Positions 13,436 to 24,203 of a DNA stretch of 64,000 bases are shown here, in pieces; within the stretch, counting starts at the first letter, position 1, and each line of letters opens with the position of its first letter. The stretch is from Tubulanus polymorphus (lineage: Eukaryota; Animalia; Nemertea), in the NCBI RefSeq assembly GCF_964204645.1, contig NC_134025.1, positions 9,672,001 through 9,736,000 of the forward strand. The letters run 5' to 3'. The translations under genes were made by a program, and so were the position numbers. Below the pieces are notes generated by a model, which did no database searches, was not told the DNA's origin, and was given only the letters and a program-made list of their open reading frames with translations.

Positions 13436-16154
13436 TTAACACATAGCCAGATTCCTCATTCTGTCCATGCAAAAGCTGATTTACCAGAGCAAATGGTTTG
13501 GAATCTACCGGTAAATTATAGGCAAGGTTTTCGCCAGATTCAGCAGTAACTGGTAAAATTGCCTGGACAAAATTGTGCTCTACATTAAGCAAATTCACAG
13601 ATGACTGATACACATCGTCGAAATCTTCAGCAAGCATTTCTAATTCGGAGCGAGTGGAAACGCCATCGCAATTAGGACTGCTAACGAAACATGGAGGACT
13701 ACGGCGTTCATTCTCTTCCAAAACATCAGTAAATGCCTTCTCCAACTGCTCCAAAACATTTGTTAAGTCGTTCAACTTGTCTAAATTGTCAGAGTTATCA
13801 CTCTCATCAGATGGCGAATGTAATACGGGATGTTCCAGTTCCGACTCCGAACAAGTTACTGTCGTGTCGTGAAAATTCAATGTATCACAGTCAGATGAAA
13901 GAAATGTCTCTGACGTGAAGTAGCCACTATCCTTACTGATATCCCAAGAACCTTTGTTAGCACTGCCTTCTTTAATGTCTAACCCCTTCTCTTGCATTCT
14001 AAACATTTCTTTGCTGATAATCTTAGGTCTTGCACCTTTTTGTGACCAGTCATCTGTGACAGGAACTGAAATTGTTTTGTCGTCATTCTCTTCAGATGAA
14101 TGTGTTAACTTAAGCGGAGATCCACTGGCATTTTGTTGTTTCCTTTTATTGACTACGGCATCATCATCATAGTCACGATTTGTCTCTGATGCACTATACC
14201 ATTTTTCATCGGCATCAGTTGGAAGAGTATACTTGAATTTATTGCTGACTTTACGTTTACCGCGCAAATTGAAATTCAATAATATCGGTTTGATGGCAGG
14301 CAGTTTCACAACGGTGCTTGATTCAAGATCTTTATAACTTGAAGATTCGATTCCAGTGGACATGTTTTCATTTTGAAGAAATTCTTCACCATCATTGCAC
14401 GTCAAATTGGTTTTTGATAATGTCCTTCTTCTTTCGTAGTTCCGATGATCGATTTCAGACATTCGATCAAGATTTGGAACTGTATCGGCTGAAGAGAATG
14501 TCATAACCATATTTGGACCTGTATCATCATTTATTTGTTCAACTGGAAACTCAGCCCCTCTGACATCAGCAACTTGAGAATTTTCAGCTTTCACTGATTG
14601 ACCAACAACTGAATAAACTGTTGCCATTTTCTGATCTTTCCCATATTTCAAACTGTCAAGGTCTGAACATCTATCGATATTTGGGACATTACCAGCAGGA
14701 GAAAATGCCATGTCCATAGTTGCTTCTTTTCTAGTCTGCGTTTCATGGAGCTTTCTTGTTTGTTCATCATTACTTAAGGATGGTGTTTTTTCTTCGAAAG
14801 GGACATTGTCAAATTCAAAATAAGGAAAGTTTACACAATCAGCATTCTCATATGATGAGTGAGGTTTGAAACTGTTCTTAGAATTCGTCAATTCTTTTGC
14901 ACATATTTCCCCTTCCTGATTAAGGACTTTCTCATTGTTTCTACTATCATCGTTTGATGTAGATTGTATATCACATGCAATCTGTTCAATTTCTTGTTCT
15001 CCATTATCATATGTCTTCATCCCATCTTTAGTTGATCCGCTTTCAGAAGTGAATGGTTCTAGTACTTGCACAACTTCATCAATGGTTTGTATCTGCTGTC
15101 TATCAGCATATTCTTCCATGAAATTAGAGCCATGAAACATATCATCATGATGAGGTTCATCATATCTATGACACGCGAGCGGCGTTATTTTGGCATTCAA
15201 GCCACTGCCACCATCAAGTGGACACAGATACATTGACGCGTGGGAAGTTTGATCATCCTCCAGAAAAACATCTTCTAGTACATCTACATCGAGTAAGTTG
15301 CTAGATATTTTCTCGTAGTAAATTTCATCACGTGTTTCTTGTTGAATTGTGTATGATTTGTAAGTTCTTGAAAAAGCTTGCACAATAACATCGGGATAAA
15401 GATCCGCTTCCTCGATTAATTCTTCACTATGCAAAGTATGTGTACGGACAGCCAATGGAGATTTCATATTCGCTCGCCCCTCTTCACCAAGCTGCAATTT
15501 TTGTTCAATATCAGATTTCTTCAACTCTGATGTACTGGTAGTGATGTTTTCTTTTTTTGATGGAGCCAAATCGGGTAGATGAGTTGTAACTTTTTCCACA
15601 TGTTTGATTTCAGAAGACTCTGAAATACTACTTTCTGAATATGTAGACCTAGGTTCTGCATTAACTTCAGTTAAAGTCTTTCCTTTGTAAAACTCCTTAT
15701 GAGATGATTTCTGAATGGTTTGTTTAGTTTTAGTTTCCAACATCTCAACCGATACTGTCGAACTATTGTCTTTGTCATTAACGCTTATAGTATGTTTCTG
15801 CTGCTCAATGGTACCCTCATGCTCGACGTCTGAAGTCTTTGTAACCTGATCCGATAGCGGAAGAACTAAATTCATCGTATGGTAATATTCTTCATCCGTG
15901 TCCTTGCGTCGGTGAATTTTCTTGCGTTTCTGTGATCTTCTTTTTTCATTCGTCTCGTCGCTCCCTTCATCCGACTTGACTTCTTTATTCCTCGAGACTA
16001 GTTTCGGCGCATTTTCTTCATCGCACCACTCGAACACGTAAATGAATGTTTCGCCGTTGATGTTGATGCGACAGCGCACGCGTTTCTTGCGCCTAAACTT
16101 CCATCTCGGGATGCGGATGCGTATGTGACCTTCGGCTTGGACGTTCCACGGCAT
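13436..16154 (-). CDS. Giant alternative first coding exon B of nesprin (906 aa, acidic/low-complexity)
   Basis: 925-codon ORF on the nesprin strand; donor TTA A|gtatgc in phase 1 lies about 20 codons before its stop and joins in frame to 11945. Confidence 0.72.
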
Positions 16155-16663
16155 CGTCGCAAAAGTTCAATCCCCAGCTACTTCAGTATACTGGTATCAG
16201 TCGTTTCTTCCGGCACATGGAATAACCCGAACGAAACAAGAAAGAATTTTCACCGCACTGGTGTGAATGAAGATCGATTGTGAAGAATTTTGCACAATAT
16301 GATAGGTCATTGAAAGGTAAACAAAGAACATTATCATTCCGTAGATACACACTTTTCACAAACAGTCAATATAGGCATATCAGGTTGCCACGTTTCATAC
16401 AGTTATATGTGACTTGCATTAAATTTTCAGGCTCTTAAATCAGTCAAATAAAAGAAGCAAATATTCCGTGCCGTTTGTCAAGCAATTGACCTCACACTGA
16501 CAGGAAAATTCCAACCTTAGCCATAATCACGCGAACCAGAAATGGCCGTATCTAAATCGACCACTAGAAATCAGATAAGAACGTAAAACAAACTTTCGAT
16601 AGAAGTGAATTACATTTGCTACTTCAATTTTTTCGTAGATGAAAAGTTCTTCGAGGAACTTAC

Positions 16664-17054
16664 CCAATGTTACTATTTCGATAAGTAAATACTTGGTTCC
16701 GGGCAACAGTTTCCGAGGATCATAACAAATTGGACACACAGAAAATGGGTTGTTCGCGAATTGGCAATTGGAGATGTCACCAGATACAGCGTGTTTCTCA
16801 ACAACGGCGAGAATTTCACCGGTATTTGAATTGACCACCGACCTTTGCCCGTTATAATCGGCAAACGAAATTGCGGGCGGGAATCCTCGACCATCAAGAC
16901 TTCGATACCTCACAACTGCTGGTAAATCATCGAACCCTCCGACCATCGAATTCAGTAATCCGAACACGAAGGTCTTAACTTCTAACAAAGGAAATAAACT
17001 TTTTACTCCTCGTTCATTACGTTGATGGTCGTCATCTGCCTCTTCCGGGCTCAT
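16664..17054 (-). CDS. Alternative first coding exon C of nesprin (130 aa, MSPEEADDDHQ...EIVTL)
   Basis: ORF 16527-17054 contains a consensus donor TTG G|gtaagt in phase 1 at 16663. Confidence 0.65.
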
Positions 17055-17734
17055 TAGACCGATTATACACTTTTCCGAAAACTATTGACACGATTATATC
17101 AACCCGGCTCCCTGGTCACAGTACCATCATAATGCATGAATGCATGTACAGGTAAATAAATGTATATTGAATGAAGTTTCGAATGATTGCTGGTAGGTAG
17201 CGAAAACACCTGGTGTTGCGAACATCTGACACCACCCGAGCGATGAACAAATAGATATACTTTTTAAAAAAATCTGAGTTTACAACAATAACTATCGGTA
17301 CCTAAATCACCAATAAGATTATTATCTAACTAAATAAAGTGAACCTGTTGTTTTGTAACAATGCATAGAATACAAACATGAAAGCTTGTTTTTTCGAGGA
17401 TCAACTAGCTTGACAAACAGTGCATGCAATTTCCAGTATCATCTTATTGATTTGAAAAAGTTATTTCAGATTTTTGTCCGCACCCCTAATCATATGGAAA
17501 ATAATTGTTTCAAAATAAATGATATCAAGGCACGGTCACAAAATGGGCCTACATTATCTATTGCGAAGAGATTGATAATACATAATTGAAATTCCATTCT
17601 TTAAAAATAGAAACACTAGATGGATGAGCAATGAATCATATGCGTATATACATAGATATTTGATTGATGAAGTTATAGGTATAATACAATATACGAGATA
17701 TTTCATACTTCATGCTATAAACTAATCCGTCTAC

Positions 17735-17795
17735 CTTGTAAATAAGCTATAATATCTTCAACATAGGGGGAATCAACTTCTTCCATAGTGAGCAT
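17735..17795 (-). CDS. Alternative first coding exon D of nesprin (MLTMEEVDSPYVEDIIAYLQ)
   Basis: Donor CAA G|gtagac in phase 1; the spliced product ...DIIAYLQ-DEQERVQKK resembles the vertebrate nesprin-1 N-terminus (...DIANVMQRLQDEQEIVQK, recalled). Confidence 0.75.
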
Positions 17796-19006
17796 CCATA
17801 TTACATGAATGCAGCACCTAGTAAAGCATCGATTTTCTAAAAACAATTGAATTTTCACAAAGTTATCGGGACGTTGTAAAGATAAGCTATTCGGTGTATA
17901 TACCAATGTGAAATGGATAACTATCCCTTCTATAGAATTATGGGATGTTTCTCGAAGGAAATGTTGTTCGGCAATCGTCGACTTAATCTGAAGAGAAACA
18001 GAAATAAATGCCGTACGAAATTTTAAATCGCGCAAGGTAAATAGTATGCGTTGAATGGTTCCAGATTACTGGTGGTGAATATACTAGCGCTGCCACCTAC
18101 GAATAAACAAGCAAACTAGAGCGCTTCCTTGGCAACAAGTTTACGCACCCAGCGCTATGGCGTTCATACATACTTAGTGGCATTAACCCTGTAATACTCT
18201 GTAAACCTTTCAATCAAAGATATTACCGGTATCCCTGTCAAAGGAATTAGTATTCTGGCATACAGAAAATGAAAGAAAATTCAGGTGATAAACTTTCCCT
18301 CTATTATGTTGTCCATCGATGAAGCAAATAATTATATAAGGAATTGGCCGAAGAAGTTCACAAATGTACAATGTACCACAGATGCGGGCTAAAGAAATTT
18401 CTACACAGGGATATTGATATTTTCTTCTCTTTTAAGATCATTGCATTTGAATAGAATTTTGAAAAGTAGATTTCTTCGCATAATATTCGAGAGGGACTAT
18501 TCTCCATTGCAACTGATTTTATTTTAAAATTCACCTTGAAATTTGTTCAGATCATTTTCGCAAAATCACACTGCATAAAATTATTATCACCCTGGTAGGT
18601 GGTACATGTTCAATGATTAATTATGCATGCGAACTATGTTTATGATTCGGAAATGTTCTACTAACATTTATTCAACGAATTAATTGCGCGATCTCTCAAT
18701 CTTAAAAATGTTTGCTTAACTAAGGAACCCACACACACGATAACAACTACATGTGCCTTTGCATGTGCTTAGCGTGCAATTTAATCATTCATTAAGGATT
18801 TCATTGGAATCGTTTGCCGAGCCGAACTGTCAATGTTAGAAATGAAGTGATGATTGTTGTGCGTTGTACACAAAAACCGAAAATACAGTTCTTCGATCGG
18901 AATCTAAAGAAAATCCAGAACACCGATCGAGGCGCCTTCGGCAAAAAACATGGTTATGACATGGCAGAAACGCTTCTCTAAAACACATGCTAAGGCTATT
19001 ACAAAC

Positions 19007-19214
19007 CTTTTTTATAGTTCATATGAGCGCGGTATCGTTTTTGGAGGTCGACGCTTTCCCGTCGATTGCGCGAAGTCCGTACCGGCGACTCCCCATCCGG
19101 AGGAAGATGGGGCGATTGCTTCGGTGTCGTACGCGGCGTGTGGCCCGGCGACAACCATCCGGACATCATTCGCGGCGAGAGCGTCCGCGGCGACAATATC
19201 TCCGGCGAAGACAT
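19007..19214 (-). CDS. Alternative first coding exon E of nesprin (69 aa, SP/TP-rich)
   Basis: ATG at 19214 with an upstream in-frame stop; donor AAA G|gtttgt in phase 1; lies in a CpG-rich island. Confidence 0.7.
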
Positions 19215-20329
19215 CGCGATCCGAGTCGCGCATCAATCCGAGGTTCGATGGCGAGATTACTCGCGACTAGATACGGAACCCTAAAAAGCGGACGCCGTCG
19301 CTGGTGCTTATTTCGTGAATCGGTTCATATCCCATCTCGTATTCGCGTCGATGCTCAGCGGCAACTAGTCTCCGTGTAACGTAGCATCCTTACACGTTGC
19401 AGGTAAATGACAGCATATGCCACAACGCTGAAGAATTTAATTCGATCAACTAATTCCGATCATAGCAATATATCGAACCATTACCCATTGACAGTCGCGG
19501 CACACGCATACACCGGTCACAATTCAGCAATATAAACAACGTCTGTTTAATCAGCGGGCCTTCGTGTAGTGTGGGTACTCTTTAAAACTGATAACGAAAT
19601 CAGAACAAAATGTAGATAGGCCGTTAAGAAAACGTCTCCGAATTTGATCAATAAAAACCAGTGGTTAAATTGAATGCGTAGAACAATACGGATCTATGAA
19701 AGCCTCCGCTAAGTAATTTCAACATGGTTCGTTGGTAGTGTAAAGGAACTGGTTATAAATTCCGAGCTGAATTTTCATTTCAAACGGCGTAATGAGGCTG
19801 AACAAAGGTATGCCATGGCGGAGAAACAACGCGTATTTTATTTATTGTAAGAAGTCATGGCTTTTCTCGTCAAAAGAAGTAGCCGGTTTGGCTCGGTGAC
19901 AATTGGAACCTGTTGACGCCAACAATTATCTCGATTGAGCTGTCAAGACTATAGCTGCAATCCCACGGAGACAATTCTCAGCCCGGATCAGGCCTGCGTT
20001 AAATACGGCCTGCACCACTCCCTCCGTACTAAACACTGCTTAAACGAAGTGAGCCAGTTCTAGAACCTGTAGCAATTCACATGTCATTATTTGACCCGAG
20101 CTCAAATTTGGTTCGGGCTAAGTCCGATGTTTTTGGTTGGGCCAAACAGGCACGGGCCAATAAGCACTCACGTAAACTGTCATTCCGGGCCTAATTTGGC
20201 ATGGGCCAAAAAACGCTTGTGTGATCGCCGCTTATACTGACTCAACTGGGGTGAAATTACAACAAATCCAAACCAAAATGATGTGCAATTTAAATGATAC
20301 TGTCAAGGCAACACATGAGAAATCTGGAA

Positions 20330-20556
20330 GAGCAGCTGTATTTTGAAACTCCAAACAAACTCCAAACAATCTGCACGAAAAAATTGAAGAGTACAGAAAC
20401 TCGTTCTTCCCCAAAACTATCAATGACTGGAAAAGGTGTACACATATCGGTTCCAGCGTTAACCCGCAGAGCATCAACTAACCAACAACGCACACCTGCA
20501 CCAATCATACACGCTATCGTGGACGTGGACGGTGCAGTACTAACTTAAGATAAGAA
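20330..20556 (+). mobile_element. 3' remnant of a CR1/L2-group LINE
   Basis: An unlisted frame reads IEEYRNSFFPKTINDWK (20383-20433), matching the SFFPRTIxDWN C-terminal motif of CR1/L2-type ORF2, followed by a short GC-richer 3' tail. Confidence 0.65.
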
Positions 20557-21170
20557 ACAAAAAAATGACATCTTACTTACTACCAGGGATAGGCATCATA
20601 AAGTAGCTCAGATGTCAACAAAAGACATTTGTTTCACATCATACGCCCACATCTCAAAGTGTAAATTCATAAATTATGGTAGATAAGTCTACACTTATTC
20701 ACCATAAATACGACAACCGTAAACCATACCTTTTAGTTCAGTATCTATAGAATCCAGAAACACATTTAAACAAGGGAATAAGTCAGCGCAACAAGAACAT
20801 AGGGGCATAGCTGAACTCTTCAAATATATGGTGTTCAATATCAGAACATGGTTTCTCGTAAAGTATTTCAGAAGTCAATTGAAGCATATTCCAAGCTGAA
20901 AGAATGTACTGGCATTAACTGACAGAATTCCGTGATGTGTAGCCAGCCTTGAAAGTTTTCGACCAAGTCATAGTTAGTAGTAATATATGTATCTTGGATT
21001 TCATTAAAGCTCTTCGAAAACCTATTTAATAGAAGTCTGTCAGCGCGTACCTACGTACATAGTCGGGATTTACAAACATAATATCATTGGTTCACGTAAG
21101 ATACTTAACAGCGCAGGTATATGTCAACAAACTGGTGAAGAAAAGTATACAATTTTGACAAGATGCTTAC

Positions 21171-21315
21171 CTGGCTCAGGGGGCGCATCTGACCTGAGAT
21201 AGTAAATACCATATTTGCACATGATATCCATATTCGAGCTGCAATATTCATACTCGGGCATGAAACCAAAGCCCAAAATATGTCTCCTCCATGATAAAAC
21301 GGCTTCATTCCTCAT
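21171..21315 (-). CDS. Candidate alternative first coding exon F of nesprin (MRNEAVLSWRRHILGFGF...DAPPEP, 48 aa)
   Basis: Donor CCA G|gtaagc in phase 1 inside ORF 21124-21381. Confidence 0.55.
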
Positions 21316-23094
21316 TTCCAATAGGCCTCTATCCCTTGAAAATCTTTGGACCTTTTTTGTATCAATGAACAGTATTTTCAATCATATTCCAAGATAACTT
21401 TTCAAACATTTGTCATCATTTTGTAGAGGAATCCACTATTGAATCAAAGTCGTTGATTTGAATCCAGTGATATCAAGCTACCGCATATCTATGTTTTGTT
21501 TTCGAATCAAAAACCCATTTACACTTGAAAAACATGACGTAGAGTGAATTCTAGATTTGCGAATCATTAAAAATTCAATGCGAAGCCATTCGTTTTTTAC
21601 GTAAATGTACATCGCAAAATATACCACACAAGCACTTCAAATCCCGAAAATTAATTAACAATATTTCCTAGCTACAGGTACACATATTCCAGCATTGGTT
21701 TTCTATTCCGTCTGTCCGTCGCAATGCATTGCATACAATACTGAGACAGTGGTCGACTTAAACTGAAACCCTATATTTCCGCGCCTATATATCCCGCCAA
21801 AAATGGCCAAAGTCGTTCTTTTTATCATAATCGACACCTCGCATGTACGAATGTCATCAAAAAATACCGAGCCCGACTTAAACGGTACAGAAATTAATCA
21901 CATTTTCTATACATTTCGCTATCAGAACGAATGCACAGACCGTGTTCTCTTTTGAGTGAAGTATAACAAAAAATATCCTCCAGCTTCTGTCGATGTTTCC
22001 ATAGAAACCTTTTCATATACCTCTCCTTAGATATTTCCCATCGACAACGGACACGGACACCGACTAACATTACATAATCATTACATAATCGAGCGCTAAT
22101 GCATCGAAAAATGCCGCATTTTTTAAAAAGTATCCGATCAAATCACCCAAACTATCGAGACTAAAAGTCATCCAAAACCTGCCATAATTTGTCGAGACCT
22201 TATGATTTTTATAGCAGCGAAATAAATAGCGAAGGATACGCTGCACTATACGCAATATCGGAAGCCTATGGCAACCAGCCGTACTGCGCGAGAGCAGAGA
22301 CACACGTTAAACGTGATGACACAATATTGTATGAACAAAAGGAATTATAAATAACTTAAAACCAATAGCGATATAGATTCATGATGTGATTGTTACTGCT
22401 GCCGATAAAATGTGGAAATTGCGGGGTACATCGATATTTTAAAATTTCATAAGTATTCCCAATTGGTTTTAGTCAATGCATGTTTGTTCAGATGCTGATT
22501 TAAGTCATTGTTACAGATTATTCCAAATGGATCAGCGAGACTTTTAAGAAATACTTTTCTATAAAATGATGAAATATAGGAAACAGATCAATAAGGCTTT
22601 TAAGAACTATTCTTCTTTTTTTAAAATCATGAATTATACTGTTATCAGTCAGGTATGCATAACAAGATTAGAAAAAAATGAATTCAAGTCTTATCTCGGA
22701 TATTGACAAACCAATAATACCGTTACCAATAACTGAATGACCTAATACATTTATATAGATATACCTATGTACGGAACAGGAAATTGATTCTTCAATTTTC
22801 AGTAATGTAGTTTTCATTACAAATATAATCAATGCATTTCTTTTGTCAATTAATGAATAGTATATGAATCTTATTACAAGGAGACATTCTTCCATGAGCG
22901 CATCCGTGTTTGCTTTTTTCATTTTTTTTATTATTTACGAAATAATCAAGCGTATTTCTAAGAAGGCAAATATCTATTTTAAAAAAACATAGACATATAT
23001 TTCTTATCAAACTCTTCTCTACAAAACATTTTCTACCTTCATTCGTAGATAACGATGACTCGAGATATAAATGTGCTTTTATCACATGTCTTAC

Positions 23095-23152
23095 CTCTGT
23101 ACTTATGAAATTGGTTTTCCAATTTCTTCGTAGCACCAACCAGCGAGGCCAT
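23095..23152 (-). CDS. Alternative first coding exon G of nesprin (MASLVGATKKLENQFHKYR)
   Basis: Strong start context caaaATGG; donor AGA G|gtaaga in phase 1; 58 nt. Too short for the ORF track. Confidence 0.72.
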
Positions 23153-24203
23153 TTTGTTCGTTATAATCTCTCTACGATAAAACTGTCTGAAAAACGCGGC
23201 CCAAAAAGTGGCCTACTGCCAAATACGCAGGAATTCTGGTATCATGAATAACTCAAAAAATAATCTTCTCTTCGAAATCGTTTTTCGTTAAGTTTCTATG
23301 ATGAAAAACAGCCATTGGTTCGACGACCAATCTTCGAAGTTGGCTGACTATGAAGTGTCGGAATTAAAAACATAGCATTTGAGGGCATTCGTTCTATACA
23401 CATATAAAACCATACCAACGAACCCGTCACGGTATTGTATAAGGCCTACATATCCAGAAGTACAAATATGAAGACACATAATACGCATACATATATTGCA
23501 GGTTCAGGCAAAATCGAGGGACCGGAACGTCACCGGATTCCCATAAAAGTAAAAAGGTATTCGCAAAGAATAGTTAAATCATATGGCATTTTCTTTCGAA
23601 AGAAGTATTTGCCGAAGTGTGCCAAGCATTCAGTTAAACTTGATTTATTTCTTAAAGGTTATTTTTTTAAATGAAAAGACACAAAAGAAACGTGAAAGTC
23701 AACTTTCGATATGCATTTCATTCCTTTCTAAACGTATATCTCACCTTCATTTAAACGACACTTTAAATACAAACTCAATTGGCACCTTTAGGAACTTTCT
23801 TTCAACAGTTTCTCAATTTATATAAACTCATTAGTAAATTTGACGTTAAATATCTACACAAAAAAGAGCCGTATAAGCTCTGGAATATTCCTTTTTCTAC
23901 ATTGAATTACCCCTAGCGCATGTATGCATCACTCTATCTTAGATTTATCAACAAACATTGAATTCCTGAAAGCTTGAATTTGATTATTCAGTCATGAATA
24001 CCAGGTATCAGTTAAAACTTGTCTACAGTATTTCCTATTAAATTTCATTTTAAGATACGAAACATAAGACGAAATTCTTGAAGACTTCCATTATTTCTAT
24101 AAGACGTGTGAATGTCATGTGTGAGGATTTGTTAAAATCTGTAACAAATCAGTAGTCTGATCCCCAGCCTAGAATTCAAATAACCAGCTATACTTTTCTT
24201 TTT

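Noticed and set aside
18950-19379. Several overlapping plus- and minus-strand ORFs
   Set aside because: By-products of high GC; only the 19214 minus frame ends in a compatible donor.
19962-20222. Stretch with repeated gggcc(a/t)aa motifs, possible MITE
   Set aside because: Termini too degenerate to define.
20581-20599. Tiny phase-1 exon candidate MMPIPG|gtaagt
   Set aside because: Six codons only and adjacent to a LINE tail; indistinguishable from chance.
22021-22070. First-exon candidate starting MLVGVRVRC
   Set aside because: The ATG frame ends in phase 2; the phase-1 frame has no ATG, so it was not listed as a feature.
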